This document shows, piece after piece, positions 46,482 to 56,168 of a DNA stretch of 64,000 nucleotides (position 1 is its first letter; each line of letters starts with the position of its first letter). The notes beneath the pieces were generated by a model. The model worked only from the letters and a program-made list of their open reading frames with translations. It did no database searches and was not told where the DNA came from. This DNA comes from Smithellaceae bacterium (GTDB lineage: Bacteria > Desulfobacterota > Syntrophia > Syntrophales > Smithellaceae), in NCBI GenBank assembly GCA_963682015.1, contig OY820932.1:1050618-1114617 (forward strand), read 5' to 3'. A program made the translations under genes and the position numbers.

Positions 46482-47483
46482 ATGTCCATCGAATTGGAAC
46501 AAATGACCATCAGTCAAACAGAGCTCCTGGAGCAGTTTAAAAAAGCACAGAACGAAAACGGGAGGCTCAAAACCCAGCTCGGTTCCACCGCCAAGCAGGC
46601 TCGCGAACTCAATGAATTCATTCAGATCATGCTCTCCACATCTCCGTTCGCCAGTTGCATCATTCAGAAAAACAAATTGATTTATACCAATAAGGCATTC
46701 AGCGAAATTGTCGGCTTTTCCGCCAGAAAGCTCCGGGATATGCAGCCGGCAAAGCTTGTCTTTCCGGAAGACCGGGACCTTGTCCGCAAAAGCACGCGGG
46801 ACATGCTTGCGGGAAACACCCATTCGTTTTTCATGTTTCGCGTAATGACGAGCGGCGAAAAAATCAAATGGATTCTGGGGTCCGTCGCCTTCATTCACAT
46901 GAATGAAAAACAGGCGATCCTGGGCAATTTTGTAGACCTGACCGAGGGACGGGTTATGCAGCTGGCCTATAATGATCCCCTGACGGGGCTGGCCAACCGC
47001 AAGCTGATGATGGATCGCCTGGAACAGGCCATTATTTCGGCCAAAAGACGCGCGAGCCGGCTGGCCGTGCTCTTCCTTGATCTCGATGAATTCAAAGGGG
47101 TGAATGATCTTCACGGCCACAAGGCCGGGGATCAGTTGCTGATGGCTATAGCCAATAACCTCCGGCAGGTTGTCCGGCGGGAAAACGACACCATCGCGCG
47201 GATCGGCGGAGACGAGTTTTTAATTCTGCTGACGGATTTGCAGCAGAGAAGCCATGTTGAAACCGTAATCACCCATCTTTTCGATAAATTCAAAAAACCC
47301 CTGTCATTCGGCGATCCGCCCATGACGATCAAAATCCGTTTCAGCATCGGCGTCGCGCTGTTCCCGGATCATGGAGAAAATTCGGATACCCTGATCCATA
47401 ACGCGGACATGGCCATGTTCCGGGTAAAAAAACAGCCGGATAAAAACAATTTTGCCTTTTTCAATATTCCAGAAAGCTTTTAG
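46482..47483 (+). CDS. PAS-domain diguanylate cyclase (GGDEF)
   Basis: A coiled-coil N-terminus and one PAS domain precede DPLTGLANR..RIGGDEFLILL. Confidence 0.85.
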   Translation: MSIELEQMTISQTELLEQFKKAQNENGRLKTQLGSTAKQARELNEFIQIMLSTSPFASCIIQKNKLIYTNKAFSEIVGFSARKLRDMQPAKLVFPEDRDLVRKSTRDMLAGNTHSFFMFRVMTSGEKIKWILGSVAFIHMNEKQAILGNFVDLTEGRVMQLAYNDPLTGLANRKLMMDRLEQAIISAKRRASRLAVLFLDLDEFKGVNDLHGHKAGDQLLMAIANNLRQVVRRENDTIARIGGDEFLILLTDLQQRSHVETVITHLFDKFKKPLSFGDPPMTIKIRFSIGVALFPDHGENSDTLIHNADMAMFRVKKQPDKNNFAFFNIPESF

Positions 47484-47504
47484 CAGGGAATCGCCCCGTG
47501 TGGA

Positions 47505-50500
47505 TCAGGTGACGGTGATGGAATAATATTTATCCGTCTCCCGTTCATGCTTCCCCAAATAGAGAGCGCCGGTCCAGCCGTCAATGCAGATAAAATCGCC
47601 TGTTCGAATGGTGTGCCCTTCCAGCGCAGCGTAACCGTCCGTTTCATAAACCTTCAGCTTGCCCAATCCAACCACACCGACCTTGCCCAGCTGCGGAATC
47701 GTCACGGCGGCATGAGAGGTCGCGCCGCCTTTGGCCGTCAGCAGTCCCTCCACCTGCAAGAGGACGCCCACATCGTCCGGAACCGTATCGGGACGCACCA
47801 GAATGAGCGGCGTTTTGGGTTCGGTTCTCCGGAAGCGCTTGATATCCTCCTCGGAATAAACCGCCCGCCCGCAAAGCGCTCCTCCACTCACACCGATGCC
47901 CGTGCCCAGCAGTGATGCATTGAGCGATTCCGTATCCTTGAACCGCCGCAGGCTCTTTGTTTTGGTCTGATCCATATCGCGGGTCTGCAGAAGATATAAC
48001 TGCTCTTTCTGCGAGCCTTCAAACGTAAACTCGATTTCCTGATGATTGAAACCCTTCTCGTAGATCAGAATTTCCGCTATCCGGACCAGTTCGGCGTAAA
48101 TGGCCGGAAAGGTGGCTTCCAGAGAGATATCCGTATTCCGGTGTTCGGCGATCCGCTGCTTTTCCGAAATGGGAAAGGTTTCAACCAGACCGGAAACAAT
48201 GTCGTCGCCCTGAACGCCGAAAATAAAATCACCATACAGCGTCACATCGGCCGAAGAACTTTTCGGATCACGCGTAAAAATGACGCCCGATCCGGAACGT
48301 TCATGAAAATTGCCGAAGACCATCGCCTGCACAATGACGGCTGTTCCCCACTCGTCGGAAAGATGCATCTGGTGGCGATAAATCCGCGCCTGTTCCGAAT
48401 ACCAGGAATCAAAAACCTGCAGGATCGCGTGGCGCAGCTGCCGGAGCGGATCGTCCGCCAGCGGAATTCCGCTGTCGAGAATGCCTTTTTTATACGCCAG
48501 GGCGACCTGCTTCATCAGATCGGGTGGAAACTGAATTTTTCTTTCCACGCCGTGTTTTTGTTTAAAGTTATCGATAATCGCGTCAAAGAAATCGCGGCTT
48601 AATCCCTGAAACATTCCCCAGGTCTGCAAGAACCGGCGGTAGGAGTCCCAGGCCGCCCATTGAAAATCCTGCTTCAGACTGAGATTTTCAGCGATGGAAG
48701 CGTTGATGCCCACGTTCAGAAAAGAACGCATCATGCCCGGCAGGGAAACCGTGGCGCCGCTACGAACCGATAACAGCAGAGGATTGCTGCGGTCGCCGAA
48801 TTTTCGGCCGGTCTTGCGCTCCAGCGCGGTAATTTCCCTGTTGACACGCTCGGCCAGGTCCCGGAAAATATATTTGTAGCCGTACACCGCGTCGTATCCC
48901 CGGAATACTTCCGTCGTGATAATGAACCCCGGCGGAATGGGAAATCCGAAAGAAACCAGCTTTTTCAGAAAATAACCCTTGTTGCCCAGCAGAATCTGGT
49001 TGTCCGTTCTGGTGTTTTTGCCGTAGATGGCGGAAACGGCCTGTTCCGGATTGTAATCCATGAGCAGGTTGAGAATCCGCTTGTTGTCCTTGAATTTCTC
49101 CAGCTCCGCATTGAGGGTTTTCATGACCGTGTGGACGAAATTATCCAGCACCTGAAGCCCGAAGGCGGATGAAATCATGCTGCGGATAAAATTCTCCGAT
49201 TGCTGATACACCAGCTCATCGGCTTTTGGAGCTTCGCTTTTAGCGGGAGAGTCTTCCGGAAGCGGCGTCACCTGGCGGACAATGATCGGCAGATTCACGC
49301 TGTGCGCGTCGATGTAATAATCGCGGATCACGTCCTGGATGCCTTTGGAGATAAAACGGAAAATATCCAGGTACTGATCCACGGAAAACTGCTTGATCGG
49401 CAGCGCGCTGGTCACATACTTGACTTTGGCCACCAGGCCCTCGGTGGAGATCCCTTCCAGGTCCAGCGCGGAAAGATAATGCCACAGGTAGGTATGAATC
49501 TTGACAATGGTTCGTTTCGTGATGAATTTCAGATTCAGCGACTGGATCAATTCCTCAAAGAGCATGCCGCCCAGGGCTTCGAGCCTCAGCGAAAGCCCCA
49601 GCGCATCGAATTTCTCCTCATGATAGGTTCCGTACATGGACGGAATGCCCGCGGCTATATGCCGCTTGTGATAAATGTTCTCAAACGACTGCGTTTTCTT
49701 GCCGGAAAGAATCCGGCCTTTCAGCACGGCGAGAAATTTGAGAAGGATCGTCAGGCTGCGGTAATAATTTTTATCGGCCAGCGACCGCTTCAGGGAAACG
49801 ATATCCTGCCCGGCAAACGCATTGACGGATTCCAGATCTTTCAGCAGATCAAAATACTGCGGATAATATTTTTTGTAAATCAACTGGTAAATCCGGATCA
49901 TCAGCGACACCCGCTCCTGGTCCGCTTCGGAAAGATCTTTGATCTGCCCGATCTCCCGGGCAATCTTTGCCTTCTCCCAGTCCAGGAATCTGCGCGGATC
50001 CTGCTCCACTTTCGGAAACAGGACGGCAAAAGCCCGGTGCACGCCGTCGAAATAGACACCCGAATTCTGCACCTGGTCGAACACCTCGTCCGGAATATGC
50101 TTGCGGATAAACTGTTTGTCGCCGGAAAACCAGTAGCGGAAAATATCCTCGCTGAATTCGACCAGCAGGCTGTTGCTCTCCACGTGGGACTGCTTGCGGA
50201 AAAAATCAATAAGCCGGTCGTTGCGGAAAGACAGCTCGTCAATGCGGGTGGTGATGTCCCGGAGTTCGCCTTCAGCGCCGATTTCACTGAAATACACGGG
50301 GAACAGACGCAGAAGCTGTTTGATCAGATTATAGGCCGGCGCAATGTCGGCGTTGAGGAGTCTGGATATGTCACGCTGGATCAGATCCGTGTCGCGAATG
50401 AAAACCCCGCCGATCTTCAGATTGATGATCAGCGCGGAAATCAGCCGTTTGGTCCAGCGTGGCTTGAGGGCGATAATTTCCAGCCAGGCGCGGATGATCC

Positions 50501-51746
50501 GGATATGTTCGGGATTGACCCGCACCTGCCAGTCCGTCGTGGAACCCTGAATTTCCGGGTATTCAAAGCCATAGGCAATCAGCTCGTCAATGAATGTTTC
50601 CACCAGCGGATGGGCGTTCTGGGCAAAGATTTCCCGGGCCGCCGTGACGATGCAGTCAATGCTCGCCCCGCGGAATTCATTCTGCGAAGTGTTTTTTTTG
50701 AGGAAACTGAAAATCTTCCGTATGAAGTCGTCCAGATTTTCCTTTTTTTCCTCCTGCAGCACGAGCTTGAGCGAATAATTGATTTCCCGCATGGCGCTGA
50801 CATGGATATCCTTCAGGCCCGGCGCGGACATCACGCCGAAAAGAAAATCCAGCTTGACCAGATGACGGCCCTGGTAGACTTCGGATTTTTCCAGCGCGTC
50901 CGCCACGAACAGGTAGCCATCGATAATCTGGAAGTAATCTGGCATGGCCAGAAAGTCACGCCTGTGCGCGCCCGTTTTCTCGCCTTCCACGGGGCGAAGC
51001 GCGTCAAGATCCATGATGATCTTGCGGAAATAATGATGGCTGAGCGGCGCAATCAGTTCCAGATACGTCGTCTCGTTTACCTCTTTGCCCGCGCCGCGCT
51101 CCGCGATCAGCCAGAGAGCGGGATCGGGCTGGCCCAGCCAGAACACATACGTGGTCCGAAACATCTTATACAGGAGAGAATCGAACGCCGGCGTGGGAAT
51201 CTCCACCTTCTGTTCTTCAAGCGCCCGGATGATCCTCTTCAGATAGGAGGAGCATTTTTTGAAAAGCGGCGATTCTTCTTCGGCCAGGCGCAGAAAAGTT
51301 TCAATCAGCTCCGGAAACAGAGAAAGGTTTCTTTCCAGGAATTCACCGCTCTGCAGGACGATGGCGTCCGCGTAGTCAAACAGGTAATGGATGGCGCTGT
51401 CCCTGACATCTTCGGACGCGGACGATTTCAGAATATCAAAGTAAATGGTCAGCAGAATGGATAAAGCCTTCAATCCGTCCGGATGCTTGTTGTAGATATA
51501 GAAGTCGCCGACGGAGATGGACTTGAGCTCCTTGAGCACATATTCCCAGTTGACGTAGGGATGGTTGAGCTCCGTAAGCAGCTCGCGGGTCTTCTTCTGG
51601 AGCCCGTAATGATCCTTCACGATCTGCAGGATCGGCGCGTATTGCTCCGGGATCTGGACCTCCGCGGCCGTTCGCTCCAGATTGACTTTCAGCGCGGATG
51701 AAACCCACGGGTCATTCTTCCGGGGGGATTTGGATATGGTTGCCAT
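47505..51746 (-). CDS. large fusion protein: uncharacterised ~915-aa N-terminal region plus a pyruvate-phosphate-dikinase-type ATP-grasp and phosphohistidine swivel domains; no PEP/pyruvate TIM barrel
   Basis: The C-terminal 496 aa (nt 47508..48995) align by eye with the PPDK N-terminal and central domains: GFPIPPGFIITTEVF, NPLLLSVRSGATVSLPGMM, WDSYRRF, GTAVIVQAMVFGN, SGSGVIFTRDP, LLQTRD and KGGATSHAA (His codon at 47712..47714). The protein ends 68 aa after the His. Confidence 0.8.
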   Translation of the reverse strand: MATISKSPRKNDPWVSSALKVNLERTAAEVQIPEQYAPILQIVKDHYGLQKKTRELLTELNHPYVNWEYVLKELKSISVGDFYIYNKHPDGLKALSILLTIYFDILKSSASEDVRDSAIHYLFDYADAIVLQSGEFLERNLSLFPELIETFLRLAEEESPLFKKCSSYLKRIIRALEEQKVEIPTPAFDSLLYKMFRTTYVFWLGQPDPALWLIAERGAGKEVNETTYLELIAPLSHHYFRKIIMDLDALRPVEGEKTGAHRRDFLAMPDYFQIIDGYLFVADALEKSEVYQGRHLVKLDFLFGVMSAPGLKDIHVSAMREINYSLKLVLQEEKKENLDDFIRKIFSFLKKNTSQNEFRGASIDCIVTAAREIFAQNAHPLVETFIDELIAYGFEYPEIQGSTTDWQVRVNPEHIRIIRAWLEIIALKPRWTKRLISALIINLKIGGVFIRDTDLIQRDISRLLNADIAPAYNLIKQLLRLFPVYFSEIGAEGELRDITTRIDELSFRNDRLIDFFRKQSHVESNSLLVEFSEDIFRYWFSGDKQFIRKHIPDEVFDQVQNSGVYFDGVHRAFAVLFPKVEQDPRRFLDWEKAKIAREIGQIKDLSEADQERVSLMIRIYQLIYKKYYPQYFDLLKDLESVNAFAGQDIVSLKRSLADKNYYRSLTILLKFLAVLKGRILSGKKTQSFENIYHKRHIAAGIPSMYGTYHEEKFDALGLSLRLEALGGMLFEELIQSLNLKFITKRTIVKIHTYLWHYLSALDLEGISTEGLVAKVKYVTSALPIKQFSVDQYLDIFRFISKGIQDVIRDYYIDAHSVNLPIIVRQVTPLPEDSPAKSEAPKADELVYQQSENFIRSMISSAFGLQVLDNFVHTVMKTLNAELEKFKDNKRILNLLMDYNPEQAVSAIYGKNTRTDNQILLGNKGYFLKKLVSFGFPIPPGFIITTEVFRGYDAVYGYKYIFRDLAERVNREITALERKTGRKFGDRSNPLLLSVRSGATVSLPGMMRSFLNVGINASIAENLSLKQDFQWAAWDSYRRFLQTWGMFQGLSRDFFDAIIDNFKQKHGVERKIQFPPDLMKQVALAYKKGILDSGIPLADDPLRQLRHAILQVFDSWYSEQARIYRHQMHLSDEWGTAVIVQAMVFGNFHERSGSGVIFTRDPKSSSADVTLYGDFIFGVQGDDIVSGLVETFPISEKQRIAEHRNTDISLEATFPAIYAELVRIAEILIYEKGFNHQEIEFTFEGSQKEQLYLLQTRDMDQTKTKSLRRFKDTESLNASLLGTGIGVSGGALCGRAVYSEEDIKRFRRTEPKTPLILVRPDTVPDDVGVLLQVEGLLTAKGGATSHAAVTIPQLGKVGVVGLGKLKVYETDGYAALEGHTIRTGDFICIDGWTGALYLGKHERETDKYYSITVT

Positions 51747-52151
51747 AGAAAATAAACCTCACTTAGGCAAATTAATCAGAATATCCGATGAATTTCAAGG
51801 ACGGAATAACGCTTAATATTCATGGCGTCGCCAATCGTTTTTCATACAGAAGTGCAAAACTCCACGCGCAGGCGGAGGCATGGATTGGTCAAGTGTGCTG
51901 ACATACGGTATCACGTTCTGAATGACTTGACACACTCCGTGGAATTTCGTTATAAATGTAACACAATGTTCTGTCACGCCGGAAAGAACTCCTCGGTCAT
52001 TTTTTTGCCGACCCGGGAAAGTGGGTACCCGGTCTTTTCTTATGATCAAAACGGATCTTTGAGGGTACATTCTGCCGGTAATAAGTAGGACGATGGATAT
52101 TGACCGTGAGCATCCGTGATCATTTATGAATATAAGCTCGCAGGAAAAGCA

Positions 52152-53060
52152 ATGTTGACTGATGATGTTCTAAAAACAAGAAAAGTAATCAAGCGTTTTT
52201 TCATTGTCGGCTTCTGGACATTGCTCCTAGAAACTCTTATATGCCTGTATATCGCCTATATTTCAAATTCTGTTACCATTTTCACTTTCATGCTGCAAAA
52301 CACCTTATCGCTGATCATTTATTTTTTCGCGATCATTGCACTGGATTTATCCATTAAAGACAATTCTTATAAATTTCCATACGGGACCGGAAGGCTGGAA
52401 AATTTCATCAGTTTTTTCCAGGCCGCCCTGAGCCTGCCCGGCGCGGCCATTGTCATTTATTCCATCTGGAAAAATACGGTTCAGGCCCCGCCGGAGATCA
52501 GTTTCGGGTACACGCAAATCGCTTTTCTTTACATCAACATTCGCTTGGTTCTGTTAAAATGGTGGGCCAATTCGATCATGAAGCGGTCTGATGCTTACTC
52601 TCCGATCCTGAGAGCCTACAATACATACTACACGGTCTGCCTTATTGAAACAATCTTTTCCGCGATTTCCCTTCTGGTTGCGCTCTATTTCCAGCATTCC
52701 GACAGGGTCCTCCTGGCCAGGGGCATCGACATTTTGCTTTCGGTCATCTTCGCAACCTACTGGATTGTCAATTCACTGAAAGTCATGAAGGAGAACTTTG
52801 AAGCCCTGATCGATCTGCCATTAAAAGAGGCAGATCAACTGATGATCTTGAAAATCCTGTCTGAGCAATTTGATCAGTATGAAGAGGTGGGATACATTTA
52901 CTCCAGAATCAGCGGCAGGCAGAAGATTATCGAGATCGAACTGAGTTTTTCGAGAAACAGAAGCTTATCAGAGATAGCCGGTCTGCAAGAAGCGATGCAA
53001 AACAGTCTCGAGCAACATTTTTCCGATTTTAAATTCAATCTGATTCCTGTTATCAAATAA
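52152..53060 (+). CDS. cation diffusion facilitator (CDF) family transporter
   Basis: The protein has six TM-like segments, a FPYGTGRLENF motif and a C-terminal cytoplasmic domain. The gene is AT-rich. The ATG at 52152 follows AGGAAAA. Confidence 0.55.
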   Translation: MLTDDVLKTRKVIKRFFIVGFWTLLLETLICLYIAYISNSVTIFTFMLQNTLSLIIYFFAIIALDLSIKDNSYKFPYGTGRLENFISFFQAALSLPGAAIVIYSIWKNTVQAPPEISFGYTQIAFLYINIRLVLLKWWANSIMKRSDAYSPILRAYNTYYTVCLIETIFSAISLLVALYFQHSDRVLLARGIDILLSVIFATYWIVNSLKVMKENFEALIDLPLKEADQLMILKILSEQFDQYEEVGYIYSRISGRQKIIEIELSFSRNRSLSEIAGLQEAMQNSLEQHFSDFKFNLIPVIK

Positions 53061-53106
53061 ACTTCATTGTTTGCCGACGTATAGTATTTGTGCCGGGGAT
53101 ACCTGA

Positions 53107-54570
53107 TTATCCTCGTTTGTAAGGATACCACCAGGGCTTTTCCTGCTGAACAAAATCCCAGTGCACGTGTTTCGTCTCCAGAAATTCCTCCAGCCCCTCC
53201 CTGCCCAGCTCGCGTCCCATGCCGCTCATCTTCATGCCGCCGAACGGTCCGGCGTCGTTGTCGGTGAGGGGGTCGTTGATCCAGATGGTTCCCGCCTTGA
53301 CCTCTTCGAAGAAAGTCTTGGCTTTTACCGCGTCGCGGGTGAAGAGGACGGCTCCAAGCCCGTAGGGTGTCCCCTGCGCATGGCGGATAGCCTCGTCGAA
53401 GTCATTGTAGACCGTCACGGGCGCCACCGGTCCGAAGGTTTCTTCGCTCATCACCTTCATGGAGGAGGTAACATTGCTCAGCACCGTGGGCTCGTAGTAG
53501 TATCCCTTCTGAAATCCTGCTGGCCGTTTGCCTCCGGCCAGTACCAAAGCCCCCATCTTCCTGGCCTCCTCAACATGTTCCTCCACTTTGCGCCGGTAGT
53601 GGTCGCGCGCCAGCGGGCCGATGTCGGTGGAAGGCTCGATCCCGGGTCCGAGCCTGAGGGTGTCCGTAAAGTTTACCAAAGCTTCCATAAAGCGATCGGC
53701 AATGGCGCGCTGGACGTAGATGCGCTCGGAGGATGTGCAGACCTGGCCTGCATTTAAAAAGGCTCCCCAGGCCACCGCTCTTGCCGCCACCTCAACATCA
53801 CTGTCTTCGCAAACGACGAAAGGATCCTTGCCTCCCAGTTCCAGCGTGACTTTCTTGAAACTCCCGGCACAAAGGCGGGCGATCTTCCGTCCCGTCGCGG
53901 TGCTGCCTGTAAAAGCAACCACATGCGTTTCGGGATGGTTCACCAGCGCATGGCCGATTTCTTCGCCTGTGCCGGTGATGATATTCACCGTACCCGGCGG
54001 CAACACTTCAAAACACTCGCTTAAAGCCAGTGTGGCAAGCGGCGTAATACTGCTGGGTTTAATGATGACCGTATTGCCGGCGGCCAGGGCCGGCGCCACT
54101 TTCCACGCCATCAGGAGCAGCGGATAGTTATAAGGGACAATGCAGACCACGACCCCATAGGGTTCCTTCAGCACCATCGACAACTGGGTGGACTCGACGC
54201 TGGGAATGACCCGTCCCCGGCTGCTGCGTCCCATTTCCGCGTAGTAGTGAAAACAGGCCACGCACCACCCTACTTCGTCGATGTTCTCCTTGAGGGGTTT
54301 TCCTCCTTCCAGCGTCAGGATGCGTGCAATCTCTTCTGTTCGCGCTTTCAGGCGGTCCGCCACTTCGTGCAGGAGTTCGCCGCGTGATCCAGTGGTCATG
54401 CGGCGCCAGACCTCAAAAGCCCTGTTGGCGGCCGCAACAGCCGCATGAGCATCCTCACGGCTGCCGTCCGGAACCTGCTCAAAAACCTCCTCGGTTGCAG
54501 GATTGATGATGTCGATGGGCTTTCTGTTGACCTGCCCTATCCATTCGCCTGCGATCCAGTGTTGCTTCAT
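53107..54570 (-). CDS. NAD(P)-dependent aldehyde dehydrogenase
   Basis: FTGSTATGRKI, ELGGKDP and FLNAGQVCTSSER (catalytic Cys) are present. The protein is 487 aa. Confidence 0.9.
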   Translation of the reverse strand: MKQHWIAGEWIGQVNRKPIDIINPATEEVFEQVPDGSREDAHAAVAAANRAFEVWRRMTTGSRGELLHEVADRLKARTEEIARILTLEGGKPLKENIDEVGWCVACFHYYAEMGRSSRGRVIPSVESTQLSMVLKEPYGVVVCIVPYNYPLLLMAWKVAPALAAGNTVIIKPSSITPLATLALSECFEVLPPGTVNIITGTGEEIGHALVNHPETHVVAFTGSTATGRKIARLCAGSFKKVTLELGGKDPFVVCEDSDVEVAARAVAWGAFLNAGQVCTSSERIYVQRAIADRFMEALVNFTDTLRLGPGIEPSTDIGPLARDHYRRKVEEHVEEARKMGALVLAGGKRPAGFQKGYYYEPTVLSNVTSSMKVMSEETFGPVAPVTVYNDFDEAIRHAQGTPYGLGAVLFTRDAVKAKTFFEEVKAGTIWINDPLTDNDAGPFGGMKMSGMGRELGREGLEEFLETKHVHWDFVQQEKPWWYPYKRG

Positions 54571-54736
54571 GGTCTGTTTGCGCCCTTTCCCTGTTGTTTG
54601 TTTTTATCCCGGCCGGTGCCCTCGCGCGACCTTCAGGTTATAAGTGTATCAGGTCACAGAGACAGCCTGCCGGGGGAATCCGGAAATTCAAAGCGGTGGG
54701 CAGTTGCACCGGGGAGCGGCTGCCCACCACCGGGTT

Positions 54737-55519
54737 TCACCCTTCAAAAGTCGCTGTCGTCAGGCTCACGCCGCCGTCGACGGCTATGGTGACGCCGACC
54801 ACATAATCACCGGCGCGGGACGCCAGATAGACGGCTACTCCGGCCATGTCTTCATCGTATCCAATGCGTTTTGCCGGTACGCGAGCCGCAACCATATCCG
54901 CATGATCGCGAGCCAGCATGTTCATGTCTGAAGCAAATGCGCCAGGGGCGATTCCGTTGACGAGGATATTGTCCTGGACCAGGCGAAGCGACATTCGGCG
55001 CGTCAGGTGAATCAGTCCTGCCTTACTGGCGGCATAAGAGTATGTTTCCTGCGGATTCACAAAAATGCCGTCGATGGAGGCAACATTGATGATCTTTGCG
55101 GGCCGGATCTTTGCTGCATTGCGCAATGGCCCGATAAGAGCCTGACTCACAAAAAACGGCGCTTTCAGGTTCAGGTCCACGATTTTATCCCAGCCTTTTT
55201 CCGAAAACCTGTCAAAAGGCTCCAGCCAGGCGGCCCCCGCATTATTCACAAGGATATCCAGCTTGTCTTCGCGGGATGCAAACTCTTTGGCAAGGGCTTT
55301 TGCGCCCTCCACTGTGGAAACATCCATGGGCAGGGAAAAGCACGGGCCCAGCGCGGAGAGCTCTGCCGCCGTCTTATCGCACACGTCCGCTTTTCGTGAA
55401 GAAATATAAACGCGCGCGCCCTGTTCGAGAAATCCGGCTGCAATCATGCGGCCAATTCCGCGGGAACCGCCTGTAACCAGGGCGGTGCGCCCTTTTAATG
55501 AAAACAGATCTTGCATCAT
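54737..55519 (-). CDS. SDR family oxidoreductase
   Basis: TGGSRGIGRMIA, NNAG and YSYAASKAG are the classical SDR motifs. Confidence 0.9.
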   Translation of the reverse strand: MMQDLFSLKGRTALVTGGSRGIGRMIAAGFLEQGARVYISSRKADVCDKTAAELSALGPCFSLPMDVSTVEGAKALAKEFASREDKLDILVNNAGAAWLEPFDRFSEKGWDKIVDLNLKAPFFVSQALIGPLRNAAKIRPAKIINVASIDGIFVNPQETYSYAASKAGLIHLTRRMSLRLVQDNILVNGIAPGAFASDMNMLARDHADMVAARVPAKRIGYDEDMAGVAVYLASRAGDYVVGVTIAVDGGVSLTTATFEG

Positions 55520-55707
55520 GTCAATTGTCCTCCATTATTATTTTTCCACTTCAGGCTTATTAAAATCTATTTCCTGTGTCAACGGCATAGTTGCGGCTTC
55601 CCAAAACGCCTCGTCATCATTCGCCAAAGCCACACCTGTTTTGTCACTGCCAGTCCCGAAGCTTCGGGGCATGGCAATCTTGTCTCCGTAATTACATGCA
55701 GTATGTT

Positions 55708-55961
55708 CCTCTTTTTATGAAGAGGGGCCGGGGGAGATTTCAGGAGTGTCACATTCCATTTTCGTTTTTCCCGCGGAGGGACTGTGTTGCAATGATAATA
55801 ATTGTCATTCCGAACGCATGTGAGGAATCTTAATGTCGTGGATTCATTAAAAACAAGATTTCTCGCTTCGCTTCGAAATGACAGGAACACCGATTACGAC
55901 GCAGTCTCGGAGGGAAAATCCAGGCACAATGTCATCATTCCTGCGAAGGCGGGAATCCAGG
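55708..55961. repeat. composite array of MITE/REP-like units (a family A unit, GTCATTCCGAACGCATGTGAGGAATCT, AGATTTCTCGCTTCGCTTCGAAATGACAG, CGATTACGACGCAGTCTC, GTCATCATTCCTGCGAAGGCGGGAATCCAGG)
   Basis: The same unit types recur, in part inverted, at 62886..63229. Single relatives are at 3681..3722 and 35341..35370. Confidence 0.8.
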
Positions 55962-56168
55962 ATTATTATAGGTGGCAGCTGCATCGAGGTATGCCTCGGC
56001 TCAATGCCCCGCTTTAACTGCGGATTGTTTATATGAATCGTTGAATGAAACAGGTAAGCTATATCAAAGATAAAAATTAAATATGACGCAGAGACTTATC
56101 CGATTGATATTTTTAAGTACGTCCCCAACTACCTGGATGTAAAATGGGGGAGGTTCACCCTGTCCCGT

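Noticed and set aside
49200-51464. A 754-aa ORF on the plus strand.
   Set aside because: It is antisense to the N-terminal region of the 1413-aa PPDK-like gene. Its composition is poor (Arg/Gln/Phe-rich) with no recognisable domain. The minus-strand frame continues seamlessly into unmistakable PPDK motifs.
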